Shown here: positions 31,221 to 41,655 of the stretch, piece by piece
Layout: every line of letters begins with the position of its first letter
Position numbering within the stretch: position 1 is the first letter of the stretch
Origin: Bryobacterales bacterium
Lineage (GTDB): Bacteria > Acidobacteriota > Terriglobia > Bryobacterales > UBA6623
Assembly: GCA_965248205.1 (NCBI GenBank)
Contig: CBDFIS010000006.1
Span: 3,202,492-3,266,491 of the forward strand
Length of the DNA: 64,000 bases
Direction: 5' to 3'
Made by a program: the position numbers and the translations under genes
The notes under the pieces: model-generated
Told to the model about the DNA's origin: nothing
Seen by the model: only the letters and a program-made list of their open reading frames with translations
The model's database searches: none

Positions 31221-31760
31221 CTAAACCGTCAAGCCGGCGCTCCCCGACGCCTGGCCATTGGCTTGGACGTTGAACAGCCGGTTCCGCACGGCCCGCGCGC
31301 GGTTGCTACTCTCCCCGGCAGCGCCGGCGGCGAGCGTCACAACGCCCGTGACGACGGAGCTCGGTGTGACGCTGCTTCCGTCGGAGCGGCCCGTCAATGC
31401 TACACCGGCGGACAACTGGGCCTCGGCCTGAGCGCCGCCGTGGGCGAATGCCTTGAGGTCCACATCCCCACCAAGAGGCAGAGGCTCGGTCAGGGTCGAA
31501 GTCGCCGAGCTCGTCCCCCCGGCAAGGCCGATAAGCAAGTGACCCGCCGGGGGGTTGTTTCGCAGATCGAGCGCAACACCCAGAACCGACGGACCGGCAG
31601 CCGCGCCGTCGCCCTGACCGACGAGAGTGAGATTCAAGGCGATGCCGGCCGCACCCGTCGCGGCGGCGTCCGCCTGACCGCTAAGAGCCAGGCTGAGTTG
31701 CGCGGCTCCGGTGCCCGTGGCCGCGCCATCGCCTTGGCCAACTAGATCAACCAGCGGCAC
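31221..31760 (-). CDS. Gly/Ala-rich putative phage structural protein
   Basis: Repeated L.GQ.DGAA.G motifs; starts 1 nt after the stop of the upstream tail-like gene. Confidence 0.55.
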   Translation of the reverse strand: MPLVDLVGQGDGAATGTGAAQLSLALSGQADAAATGAAGIALNLTLVGQGDGAAAGPSVLGVALDLRNNPPAGHLLIGLAGGTSSATSTLTEPLPLGGDVDLKAFAHGGAQAEAQLSAGVALTGRSDGSSVTPSSVVTGVVTLAAGAAGESSNRARAVRNRLFNVQANGQASGSAGLTV

Positions 31761-31761
31761 G

Positions 31762-32175
31762 TTAGTCCTCGGTCACTTTGAGGCCGTTGACGGCAAACTT
31801 GGGTTGATCGTCGAGACCTACGGTCTTGGAAGGCGTAACGTCTCCCCAATAGAGCATATTGCCGGCCGTGGCGGCGTCGAACATCGCCCAGCCGACGATC
31901 GTGCCCCAGGCGGCGGTCGCCACCGGGAAAGTAACGACGGCCCCATTTTTCTTCTCCGTTGGATTGGTGCCGCTCGCCGCCGGAAAGTTCGTTGCGTCGT
32001 TGGTGATCCCTTGGCGGGCGTATGCGCCTCCTGACGGCTCAGTGATTCCACCGGTGTCGGTCGGTGTAGTTGTTGAGAGCGCTAAGTAAACGCTCACTGG
32101 CCGGACAAAGTCGGGGCCACCTAAGACATGGTCAAGTATCTGTGCTTCTAGGTAATCGGATTTTCCACCTGGCAT
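31762..32175 (-). CDS. Phage tail fibre-like protein (SDYLE..LD....YLAL.T..P..G..E..GG.YARQ family)
   Basis: MPGGKSDYLEAQILDHVLGG..VYLALSTTTPTDTGG..EPSGGAYARQ..VTFP.AT.AWGTI..A.FDAATAGNML.WG; GGAGG upstream of ATG 32175. Confidence 0.8.
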   Translation of the reverse strand: MPGGKSDYLEAQILDHVLGGPDFVRPVSVYLALSTTTPTDTGGITEPSGGAYARQGITNDATNFPAASGTNPTEKKNGAVVTFPVATAAWGTIVGWAMFDAATAGNMLYWGDVTPSKTVGLDDQPKFAVNGLKVTED

Positions 32176-32685
32176 ATCTCCTCCATTGCCTTCAGATGTT
32201 GTTGTAGGGCTATCTCCCGGTGCCACCGGGTACTGCTACCTCTCGCGCGCGCGAATCGGGAGTCTCAAACGTCGTAGGCTCCCCGCCGCCGCACACGGCA
32301 AACAAGTGGGGATAGCAGTGACTGTCGATTCCAGGGTAACGGTCGTCTTGTGATGTGACCGCCGGCCCGGAGACTAAGTGCTTGATAAGGTGCGGGATAA
32401 ATTCTTGGAACCGACGTGACCGAATGGACGCGCTGCGGCACTGGTCGCGAGACGGACCCGGCCGTTGAGGAAGCGAAGAGGCGTCCAGCAGGCAAAGTCG
32501 GCATGACGTGAGGCGACTCGGCGGAGTCTCAGATTTCAGAAACGCTAGATAGGTACAGCCGTACTCCCGCGCGCACAAAAAACGTACGCCTGCAAGCCGA
32601 ATACTCATCGATCGGCGCGAGCGCGGGAGTTCCCGCGGAGTCCTTCGAGTTATCATCTTGGCGTGGGCGTTCTCCCACCACGCCA

Positions 32686-33471
32686 GTGGTTCCTCGAGAT
32701 TTCGAAAAACTAAGCATCAAGCGGGTTCAGCGCGCGAGGGTTTTGTCCGAGCGCCATCCCGCTTCTCAAGACGCACTCCTCTTCTACAGCGAGATCTGCG
32801 GTTTTCAGCAAACTCTTGCACGGACCCTAGAAACGAGCGCTAGGGCATCGACCTCGGCGGGTACGTCTCAGAGGCCATGTCTTGACTTCGGGGCCGTTGT
32901 CTCGTTCCGCCAACCGTTGGTCGACCTGGTGCTTGCCAAAGCCCCCGATCCTCTTCAACGGTTAGCCGAAGATCTGGACGATGCATCCTGTCGAGCAGCG
33001 CTCGAAGCCTACCTCTGCCAGCGCGACACGATATCCCCTCGCAGCTTTTTCGCTCGGGTTTTGCTGCAACCGGCTGTTGCGGTTTCGCATAGGGATCCCC
33101 CTAGTGAGGCCCTCCAACTCTGCCCCCACTGCGGTCATCCTCCCCAGGTAGGCTGCCTGCGGCCGCAAGGTGACGGTACCTCTCTGTCACTTGTGTGCTC
33201 GCTGTGCCTGACCGAGTGGCCCTTCGCGCGCGGGCGTTGTCCAGCCTGTGGGTTAGCGGACGAGAAGAAGCTCGTCTACTATTCGGCCCCTGAACTCGAA
33301 CACCTACAGGTGCAGGTTTGCGAGTCCTGCCGACAGTACCTGCACCAGGTCAACTTCGCGAAGGACCCGCAGGCCGTCCCCGATGTGGACGAAGTTGCCG
33401 CCTTGCCGCTTGACGTTTGGGCGGCCAAGCAGAGTTTCCGAAAACTGCACCTGAACTTGGTGGGGATGTGA
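32686..33471 (+). CDS. fdhE: Formate dehydrogenase accessory protein FdhE
   Basis: CPHCG, LVCSLCLTEW..R.RCPACG, VCESCRQYL and DEVAALPLD motifs. Confidence 0.92.
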   Translation: MVPRDFEKLSIKRVQRARVLSERHPASQDALLFYSEICGFQQTLARTLETSARASTSAGTSQRPCLDFGAVVSFRQPLVDLVLAKAPDPLQRLAEDLDDASCRAALEAYLCQRDTISPRSFFARVLLQPAVAVSHRDPPSEALQLCPHCGHPPQVGCLRPQGDGTSLSLVCSLCLTEWPFARGRCPACGLADEKKLVYYSAPELEHLQVQVCESCRQYLHQVNFAKDPQAVPDVDEVAALPLDVWAAKQSFRKLHLNLVGM

Positions 33472-33517
33472 GGACTAAGAGCCTGGTCCTTTGGTGAGCC
33501 ACTGGGTCTATGAGCCC

Positions 33518-34078
33518 TCAACTACGGCCCAGGTAGCTTCCATCGGCGGTGTTGACGCGGATCTTTTCACCCTCTTTGATGAATGGTGGAACCTGGACCA
33601 CCAGGCCGGTTTCGGTTTTGGCAGGTTTGGTGACGTTGGTGACGGTTGCTCCCTTGATCGCGGGGGTGGTCTCGACGACGGTCATCTCGATCGCGGCCGG
33701 CAGGTCGATGTTGAACGGACGCCCCTCATAAAACTGGAGGTTGAGCGTCGCGTTCGGAATCAGATAAGACACCCGCTCTCCCAGATCGTCGTTGCTGAGG
33801 TGAATCTGCTCGTAGGTCTCCGTGTTCATGAAGTAGTGGAGGCCGCCATCTTCATAGAGGTATTCCATCTCCTGCTCGTCGAGGGACACTCTTTCAACGA
33901 CATCCTCTGAGGAGAACTTATGCTCGATCATGGCGCCGCTCGACTGGTTCCGCATCTTGGTTTGGACGAAGCCGCGCTTGTTCCCCGGCGTTCGATGCGA
34001 CACGCTGAAGACCGAAAATAAGTTCCCGCTGAACTTGATCAACATTCCTGGGCGGAGTTGTGTGGCTTGAACATCCAA
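33518..34078 (-). CDS. efp: Elongation factor P
   Basis: LRPGMLI, HRTPGNKRG, FMNTETYEQ, KPAKTETG..VQVPPFIKEGE.I.VNT..GSY. Confidence 0.96.
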   Translation of the reverse strand: MDVQATQLRPGMLIKFSGNLFSVFSVSHRTPGNKRGFVQTKMRNQSSGAMIEHKFSSEDVVERVSLDEQEMEYLYEDGGLHYFMNTETYEQIHLSNDDLGERVSYLIPNATLNLQFYEGRPFNIDLPAAIEMTVVETTPAIKGATVTNVTKPAKTETGLVVQVPPFIKEGEKIRVNTADGSYLGRS

Positions 34079-34408
34079 AGCGAACCTTCCTTAGGCGATA
34101 TGGATTCGTGTGGTGGCCTGCGTGACGGGCGTTGGGTCAATAGCGAGGCACCCCCGCCGTCGGCCGGATAGGCTCTTACAAGCTTTCGCCAGGCGCTGCT
34201 AGATCTCATTATATCAATAGCTTGGGGGCATTTCTTAACGAAGCCTCTCTGAGGCTGGGGTAGCCGTGTATGTTCCTCCGTCGTGTAGGCATCGTTCGAT
34301 CGTAGTGTTGCCCAAACAGCGAAACCTGGCCCGGCACGATCCGCGCTAAGGTCTTCGTTCGATTCCGCGACGATCGTTTTCGTCCTATCATAAGGCGGGG
34401 AGACTGGC

Positions 34409-35476
34409 ATGAAAAGGATTCCATATTTGTTGCTCTTGGCAACCGCGGTACTATCGCTACCGTTGTACGGCGCAGATCCGAACCTTGTTGGTTTGGCGCG
34501 CGCTGACGTCAACTTGATGGTTGGGATTCAGTTTTCCGAAATGGCGAATTCGCGCCTGGTCCAGTCCGCTCTTGATGCAACGAAGAACTCGAGCCAGGAA
34601 GTCGGTGCGCTCTTCGAACTGATGGGCGCGAATCCGTTCCAGTATCTGGACGAGGTCCTGATTACAGGGAGGCTCGACTCGGGCAGCGCTAACAGCGAAC
34701 CGAAAAATGTGGTGATCCTTGCCCGCGGGAACTTCGAGGACGGGGTGTTTGCCGACATGCTCTGTGGCACTGCCTGCAACGGTGAACCCTACGGAGGCCA
34801 TCAGATCTTTCCGGCCAAGGGGTCGGGCGAACCTCGTCACTTTGTCGCATTGGATAGCCGATACGGTGCGCTGGGTGAGCTGGCTGGCGTCCGCGAAGTA
34901 GTCGATCGCTACTCGACGCAAACGAGGTCCGTCTTCGCGGATTCCCTTCGCCAGTCAGTAGAACGTTTGAGCGACCATCACATTTGGATTAGCGCCCAAG
35001 GTCCCTTCAACCTGCCGACGGGCGGCGACACGGCAGGTACGCCGGACATCGCTTCCAACCTGGCTTCTAAGGTCGACGCCTTTGGTCTGGGTGTGTCGCT
35101 AGGAAGCGACGTTCGGTTGGCGTTGGAAGTGGCGTCACCAACGGAAGCGGACGCGAAGCAGCTTTTCGACACGGCCCAGGGCTTCCTCGCACTAGTCAAA
35201 GCAGGTGAGCAGAAACCCGAAACCACGGAGTTGTTGAACAACCTCACATTCGTCCACGACGGACGGGTCCTCGAAGCAAGTTTGCGGATCCCTGAGAGTG
35301 AGGTTCTCAAACAGATTCAACAACAGGCCGCGCAGCGTCGCCAACAGGCTGCCGCTCCTCAGCAGCCACCACGTCCAGTCCGTCCGACCCGCCCACCCAG
35401 GCGTGAGGGCGGCATCCGCATTTACGGCCTAGAACGGGACCCGGTCGAGTTTCCCTCCACTACTCCCGCGCAGTAG
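34409..35476 (+). CDS. Exported hypothetical protein with Gln/Pro-rich C-terminal tail
   Basis: 355-aa ORF with signal peptide and upstream GGGAG; no recognisable family motif. Confidence 0.7.
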   Translation: MKRIPYLLLLATAVLSLPLYGADPNLVGLARADVNLMVGIQFSEMANSRLVQSALDATKNSSQEVGALFELMGANPFQYLDEVLITGRLDSGSANSEPKNVVILARGNFEDGVFADMLCGTACNGEPYGGHQIFPAKGSGEPRHFVALDSRYGALGELAGVREVVDRYSTQTRSVFADSLRQSVERLSDHHIWISAQGPFNLPTGGDTAGTPDIASNLASKVDAFGLGVSLGSDVRLALEVASPTEADAKQLFDTAQGFLALVKAGEQKPETTELLNNLTFVHDGRVLEASLRIPESEVLKQIQQQAAQRRQQAAAPQQPPRPVRPTRPPRREGGIRIYGLERDPVEFPSTTPAQ

Positions 35477-35534
35477 CCGGCAGCCGCCCGCGACCGCTCC
35501 AGACGGCCCGTTCCACGGATATCCATCCCAGCGT

Positions 35535-35732
35535 TAGAACCGCTGTGGCGCGAATGGCGCACCTACGAACGTTATCGAACGCCTGTTCGTCGATGTCCCG
35601 CGACGGACCCGGCCGGTGGTCTGCTTTGTGAAAAGCGTAGACCCTACTATCTACTCGATCTTCCACCGCTTCAACCTGGAGTAGAAGAATCGTACCCTTC
35701 AAGTTCTTACGCAAGCTGCTTGACATCAGCCC
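35535..35732 (+). pseudogene. IS256-family transposase 3' remnant with right end
   Basis: Degenerate frame PLWREWRT/TNVIERLFVDVPRRTRPVVCFV-KSVDPTIYSIFHRFNLE*KNRTLQVLTQAA*, then a TTACGCAAGCTGCTTGACATCAG end-like sequence. Confidence 0.75.
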
Positions 35733-37460
35733 ACATTCGATATAGTTGTAGTACTTTTTCCTATCTGATACACTCGAAACTGGATTGAAGTACTAGTATT
35801 ATCCGGTGAAAACGTGTCCAGGTCCTGGCGACTAGCCGGGCCCGGGAATGCCTCTGCCGGTCATTGACCGTGGGCGTCCAGAGCTTCTCCGCAGTCGATG
35901 CTAGCCGGAAGTTGGGAATCGAATGGCTTCACGACTTCTGGAATTCCGCAGCTACCTGGTACTGTTTGTCGTCTTTTCGTATCTGCTCTCGGTAATCCTG
36001 CTTCCCGCGGCACCTGACCGGCAACTGGGTGCGGCGGCTCTTTTCGTGCTCGCCTGTCTATTTGCGGGCACGCGGCTTCGTGTGCATCGATTCCGGGGGG
36101 AGCTACCGACATCTGATCTGTTTGTCGTTGGAGTCTTGGTTGCGGTCTCTCCTCTGCCAGCCGCACTGTTGTCCGCCGCTGCCACGGCGATCCGGTGGAG
36201 CTTCGAGCGCAGAGTTCGTCTGCAGCCGGTTCAGTACGCGGTACGGGTCCTGTTCGCCGCTATGGCGGGGCTTTGGACTTCCCTAGTCTATAGCTCGATC
36301 GCGTCCTCCGAGGTGGCCGAATGGGTCCCGCTTGGTGGTGCGGCGATCCTATACCTCCTGATAAGTGCTTGGGCGGAATCAACGGTCAACCGTCTGGCGT
36401 ATTGGCACCGGTTGGTAGGCCGTAACCTGCCACCGGCAGTGGGGATGTCATTGTTGTTCGCGCCCGCTGCCGCGTGTTTAGGGATGGCGTCGGCGCACAG
36501 CCAGGAAGCCGTGTTGTGGACTGTGCTCGCCATAGCCACGCTTTTCTACGTGTTTGTCGAGTGGCTGCTGGGCCCGCTGTACGAAGATTTATCCCGGCAG
36601 TCTGAGACCGACCGCATCTATTCCCGCTCCGTCGAAGCTCTGGCGCTGGCGGTAGACGCCAAGGATAGTGTCAGTAGCGGCCACCTCAAGCGGGTTCAGA
36701 TTTACAGTACTGAGATCGCCAAGGCTTTGAACTGCTCGGAATATGAGATCCGCACGCTTGAGTTCGGCGCGCTCCTTCACGATATCGGCAAGATTGCGGT
36801 TCCCGAAAACGTTCTCACAAAGCCGGGCCGGCTTTCGCCCGAAGAGTTCAGCAGGATCGCCAGTCACGCTCAGATCGGTGCGGAGATACTCTCGGCCGTT
36901 GACTTCCCGTTTCCCGTAGCGGAACTAGTGCTTTCCCACCATGAGAACTGGGATGGCACCGGCTACCCGCGCAAACTGAAGGGCGACGAAATCCCGCTGA
37001 CCGCGCGCATCCTGACGGTCGTCGATGTCTTTGACGCGTTGACCACTGACCGGCCCTACCGGCCGGCCATGACGGTGGAAAAGGCGGTAGAGCTCATCCG
37101 GTCACGCCGCGGCAGCGCCTATGATCCCAAGGTGACCGACACCCTGATCGAACTACTCCCCCGTCTGGAAAAACAAATCCAGCGTGACCCCAGCACGAAC
37201 CGTCGCAACTCGTCAGGCCGCTTCTCCATCAAGAGTCCTCGTTCGGTCCGCGCAGATCAAACATCGCTAACCCCCGAAGAGCGAATCGAGAGTCTGAAGC
37301 AAAGCCGTGAAGTGGCCAAGCGGGAGTCAGAACCGGACAACTTTTCGCATTGGTCTCGGCTGCTTACGACCTTGGGATCCAGCTTCTCCGTCAAGGAGAT
37401 TCTCGAGTTCGTCATTCCCAACTTGGCGAGGCAGCTGCCTTTTGACGAATGTGTCGTATT

Positions 37461-38789
37461 CAGTGCTGTCCGGGGAAAGTCGCGCCATCGGACGGTAAGT
37501 CTCGACCGTTCAATGTCTTATGGCCTGTTTTGCCCGGGAACGATTTGAAATCCCGAGGCCGCAAATGGTCGCCTGAACGGAGCATCCGGACGCGGCACAA
37601 TGAGGGATGAACCTTGGCCGTACGGTTTTCTCCCAACTGATCGAGCACCTACCGAGCAAAGAGTTTCAGAAATGTGTATCGCGCTACCGCGGCGATTCCT
37701 ATCTGAAAAGTTTCTCCTGCTGGGATCAGTTTCTTGCGATGGCATTCGCCCAGCTGACCTATCGGGCAAGCCTCCGCGACATCGAGACGTGCCTGCGTTC
37801 GATGCACGGCAAACTCTACCACATGGGATTCCGCGGCAGGGTAGCGCGCTCGACACTGGCCGACGCGAACGAGTCGCGCGACTGGCGGATCTACGCGGAC
37901 TTCGCGCAGGTCTTGATTGGCATGGCACGGCCGTTATATGCCCACGACCCGATCGGTGTGGACTTGGACCAGACTCTGTACGCTCTCGACTCGACAACAA
38001 TCGACCTCTGCCTGTCGCTGTTTCCGTGGGCGAGATTCCGCAAGCAAAAAGCCGCCGTGAAGATGCACACGCTGCTGGATCTGCACGGCAATATTCCCAC
38101 GTTCATCCGCATTACTGGAGGCAAAGTGCACGACATCAACATCCTCGACGAGATCGGCCCGGAGGCCGGCGCGTTCTACGTCATGGATCGGGCCTACGTC
38201 GATTTCGAACGCCTCTTCGTGTTCACTCTCTGCTCGTCGTTCTTCGTCGTGCGAACCAAGAAGAACATCTTGCTCCAACGGCGCTACTCGCATCCCGTCG
38301 ACAAATCCACGGGCTTGCGCTCGGATCAGACCGTCATACTGGCTGCCATCGAATCGGCCCAAGCCTATCCCGACCCGTTGCGGAGGGTCAGTTACTTCGA
38401 CGCCCGGACGAACAAGCGGCTGAAGTTTCTGACCAACAACTTCGCGCTCCCGGCGCTGACCATCGCCCACATCTACAAGTCGCGTTGGCAGATTGAGTTG
38501 TTCTTCAAGTGGATCAAGCAACATCTGCGAATCAACTCGTTTTACGGCACCAGCGAGAACGCCGTCAAGACGCAGATCTGGATCGCTGTCTCGATTTACG
38601 TGCTCATCGCCATCGTCCGGAAACGCCTCGGGCTGGAAGCGAGTCTTTACCAGATTCTACAGATTCTCAGCGTTACGCAATTCGAAAAAATGCCCCTTTT
38701 ACAGGCACTCCAGCCATCCGACTCCCCAAACGAATCCCCCTATGACCCCAACCAATTGATTCTATTCGACTTTTAACCGGACAGCAGTG
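37461..38789 (+). mobile_element. IS4-family insertion sequence, copy 3 (1329 bp)
   Basis: Same ends; 9-bp TSD TGTCGTATT at 37452-37460 and 38790-38798. Confidence 0.97.
37607..38776 (+). CDS. IS4 family DDE transposase
   Basis: Translation identical to the other two copies. Confidence 0.95.
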   Translation: MNLGRTVFSQLIEHLPSKEFQKCVSRYRGDSYLKSFSCWDQFLAMAFAQLTYRASLRDIETCLRSMHGKLYHMGFRGRVARSTLADANESRDWRIYADFAQVLIGMARPLYAHDPIGVDLDQTLYALDSTTIDLCLSLFPWARFRKQKAAVKMHTLLDLHGNIPTFIRITGGKVHDINILDEIGPEAGAFYVMDRAYVDFERLFVFTLCSSFFVVRTKKNILLQRRYSHPVDKSTGLRSDQTVILAAIESAQAYPDPLRRVSYFDARTNKRLKFLTNNFALPALTIAHIYKSRWQIELFFKWIKQHLRINSFYGTSENAVKTQIWIAVSIYVLIAIVRKRLGLEASLYQILQILSVTQFEKMPLLQALQPSDSPNESPYDPNQLILFDF

Positions 38790-39896
38790 TGTCGTATTCA
38801 TGAAGGACGGGCGTGAGCTGAGACCGGCGTACTGCACGGGGCCGAAGGCAGACTTGATCAGCCAACTAAGTATGCCGGTTGACAATAGCCCTACCGGCTG
38901 GGTAGCCGGCCACGGCCAAACCTTGGTGAACGGCAATCCGGTGGGCGAAGCTTCCGAGCTGGGGCTGATGGCGTGGATGCAGGGGCTCAAGGCCGCTCTC
39001 GTGACTCCACTGTGGGTCGATGACGAACTCGTGGGCACGTTTAACCTCTACTCAAATACGCGAGCCGCCTACTCCGGAGACGATGCCGCGCTAATCGAAA
39101 CCCTGACGCGGCCGCTCGGCTCCCTACTCGAACAGGCAGCTCTTTACCAGACGAGTGGGATCGGCAACGATTTGCTGACCGGGCTGCCGACGGCCAGAGC
39201 AACTCTCAAGTACTTGAGATCCGAAGTTCAACTCGCGCGTAAAGAACGAAGGACGACTTCGATTGTCTATTTCGACGTCGACCGTTTTCGGGTCATCAAC
39301 GCCCGTTTCGGGCACGCCGCCGGCGATCAACTACTCCAGTCACTCTCCCACATTCTCGAAGGGTCCCTGCGAGACCTCGACTTTCTTGGGCGTCTGGGAG
39401 ACGACCGGTTCTTGGCTGTTTTCGGGGGAATCGGTCCCAAGGAACTCAGGGCGTTGATAACGAGACTCGACGGGCACCTCAAAGACAGCCTCACCTTGCG
39501 TGTCGGCGATGCGGAAAGGCTTATCGGTGTGAGCATGGGCACAGCTGTTTTCCCCAGCGAAGCGGCTTCGGCTGAGCAACTCCTGGTGCTAAGCAGTCAA
39601 CGCTCGTACCTCAGGAAAACTGGGAGGGATTCCACTTCCGGAGCTGCCCCCGAGAATTCGCCGGCTCCTGTAATTCCCATCCGAGCAAGCTAGTCCCGAC
39701 CGCCCGTCATCGCGCCTGCTGTTTGTTCCCGGCCCCTCCTGGGCGGCTCTTCACGATCTGTAATAATTAGCTAGGCGAACTCCGCCGCGCCCGGCGCGTC
39801 AGTTCGTCACGGGACCCCAAACGTCCTCTTCGGGGCAAACAACCCTTAGGTATCTAGTCCCGAGCCCCTGAATACTCTCTGCTCAAGGAGCCACGC

Positions 39897-41261
39897 ATGA
39901 GTTCTTCCAGCCGCCGCCATTTTCTCAGGACGTCAGCTGGCCTGACAGCCGGCGCGGGAGCTGCCCTGGCCGCCGCAAAACCGTCAACCGCAGCAACCGC
40001 CGCTTCCGCGAAGCGTGTCGTCGGCGCCAATGACCGCATCCGAGTGGGCCTCATCGGCTGCGGAGGAATGGGGCGGACGGATCTCGAGGATTGTCTGAAG
40101 ATCGAGGGCACCGAGTGCGTCGCCCTCTGCGACGTTGACCCATCTCACATCGCAGGGGCCCAGGAAAAGGTTCTTGATCCCGTCTCTCAGAAAGCCGAGC
40201 TCCGCACTCAGGACTTCCGCCATGTCTTGGACCGCAAAGATATCGATGCCGTTATCGTCGCCACACCCGATCACTGGCACGCGATTCCCACCATCATGGC
40301 GTGCCAGGCCGGCAAAGACGTTTACGTCGAGAAACCACTCGCACTGACCATTGCCGAAGGTCGAGTGATGGTGGAAGCGGCGCGAAAACACAACCGCGTG
40401 GTTCAAATGGGAACGCAGCAACGCAGCGCGCCCCACTACCGGGATGCAGTCGACTTCGTCAAGAGTGGCAAGCTCGGGAAGATCCGCCTTGTTCGCACCT
40501 GGGCGTATCTCGATTGGAAGGGAGAATTGCCCAAACTGGCCGACTCTCAGCCGCCGGCCGGCGTCGACTACGACATGTGGCTCGGACCTGCCCCGAAACG
40601 GCCGTTCAACGAAAACCGCTTTCACTTCTCGTTTCGCTGGTATTGGGACTACTCCGGTGGACTGATGACCGACTGGGGTGCTCACATGATCGACATAGCC
40701 AACTGGGCGATGGGCATCAAAGCCCCGAGTTCAGCGATGTCGGTCGGCGGGAAGTACGGCTACCCTCACGATGGCATGCAAACGCCGGACACGCAGCAAG
40801 TCTTCTGGGATTTTCCCGACTTCAGCATGATCTGGGAGCACGCCCTCGGCGTCGGGCGCGGGCCCGAGGTTCGAGAACACGGTGTCCAGTTTCACGGCAA
40901 CGACGGTGTGCTCGTTATTGACCGTGCCGGCTGGCAAGTGTACCCGGAAACGGACAAGATCGACAAAGACATTCGCGAATACAAGTCGCCGGGGCTGCCC
41001 CGCCAGAGTGTCTCGAAGAAGGAAGACTACCATCTTTTGCACGTCGAAAATTTTATCGATTGCATGCGTTCCCGGGAGCGTCCGAGATCGGACGTCGAGA
41101 TCGGACACGACTCCATGATCGCCTGTCATCTCGGCAACATCGCCTTCCGCCTGGGTCGCCGCGTCGATTGGGATGTCGAGAAGGAACGAGTCATCGGCGA
41201 CTCCGAAGCCCAAAAGTACGTCAAGAAGAAGTACCGCTCGCCCTGGAAGCTGAAAGCGTGA
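39897..41261 (+). CDS. Tat-exported Gfo/Idh/MocA family oxidoreductase
   Basis: SRRHFL Tat motif; GLIGCGGMG, ATPDHWH, KDVYVEKP, QMGTQQRS, YDMWLGPAP and DWGAHMID. Confidence 0.93.
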   Translation: MSSSSRRHFLRTSAGLTAGAGAALAAAKPSTAATAASAKRVVGANDRIRVGLIGCGGMGRTDLEDCLKIEGTECVALCDVDPSHIAGAQEKVLDPVSQKAELRTQDFRHVLDRKDIDAVIVATPDHWHAIPTIMACQAGKDVYVEKPLALTIAEGRVMVEAARKHNRVVQMGTQQRSAPHYRDAVDFVKSGKLGKIRLVRTWAYLDWKGELPKLADSQPPAGVDYDMWLGPAPKRPFNENRFHFSFRWYWDYSGGLMTDWGAHMIDIANWAMGIKAPSSAMSVGGKYGYPHDGMQTPDTQQVFWDFPDFSMIWEHALGVGRGPEVREHGVQFHGNDGVLVIDRAGWQVYPETDKIDKDIREYKSPGLPRQSVSKKEDYHLLHVENFIDCMRSRERPRSDVEIGHDSMIACHLGNIAFRLGRRVDWDVEKERVIGDSEAQKYVKKKYRSPWKLKA

Positions 41262-41397
41262 ATCCGGTCCATCCGACGCCGCTCGGCAAGTCGTTTTCCC
41301 CTCATGGTCGCGACCGACACCCGGTAGGACCGGCACTCTGCCGGTTAAAGGCCACATATTCCGGGCACGGTAGGACGGCACTCCTGCCGGTCAAGGG
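41244..41397. repeat. ~107-bp repeat with GTAG-type REP (GTAGGACCGGCACTC(C)TGCCGGT), copy 1, plus an extra REP
   Basis: 41244-41350 is a diverged direct repeat of 43212-43319. Confidence 0.8.
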
Positions 41398-41655
41398 AAC
41401 GGACTAGCGCGCTTTTCTCACCACATGGCTAGCCGCGCTGTTAGTGCCGCGGGCGCACCGTTGCAGTAATACTGACGCACCGTTGCAGTGGAGCGGCGCA
41501 AGCACCGCGTATTCTAGCACTTAGACGCACGAAATGGGTCGCGTGTCACTGGCACACACGGCCCTAGAATGTTTTAGGCTGGAGGGCGCGGAGCCGTCAT
41601 GCAGCCCCTCTCAGCCTCCCACAGCTTCGGGCTGGACTCGACCACCGAAATACGG

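Larger units (their letters stand above)
28470..32640 (-). mobile_element. Phage-derived islet (remnant, boundaries approximate) between fdnI and fdhE
   Basis: All genes run antisense to the fdn operon; tail-fibre-like gene, Gly/Ala-rich gene and TA-like triad; visibly more AT-rich in 28460-29450 and 30790-31200; no integrase seen. Confidence 0.6.
35923..39693 (+). pseudogene. Membrane HD-GYP + GAF + degenerate GGDEF protein split by IS4 copy 3
   Basis: LLHDIGK and HHENWDGTGYP; rejoined frame DECVVFMKDGREL (810 aa); GAF segment; DLLTGLP, DVDRFRVINARFGHAAGD and RLGDDRF. Confidence 0.9.

Noticed and set aside
32210-32656. 148-aa ORF at the islet edge
   Set aside because: No motif, no clear RBS and no coupling evidence; left uncalled.
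28436-32706. GAGAT(C/T)TCGAA at the fdnI end and fdhE start as attL/attR of the islet
   Set aside because: Only a 10/11 match of a short, partly palindromic motif, plausible by chance; no integrase supports it.
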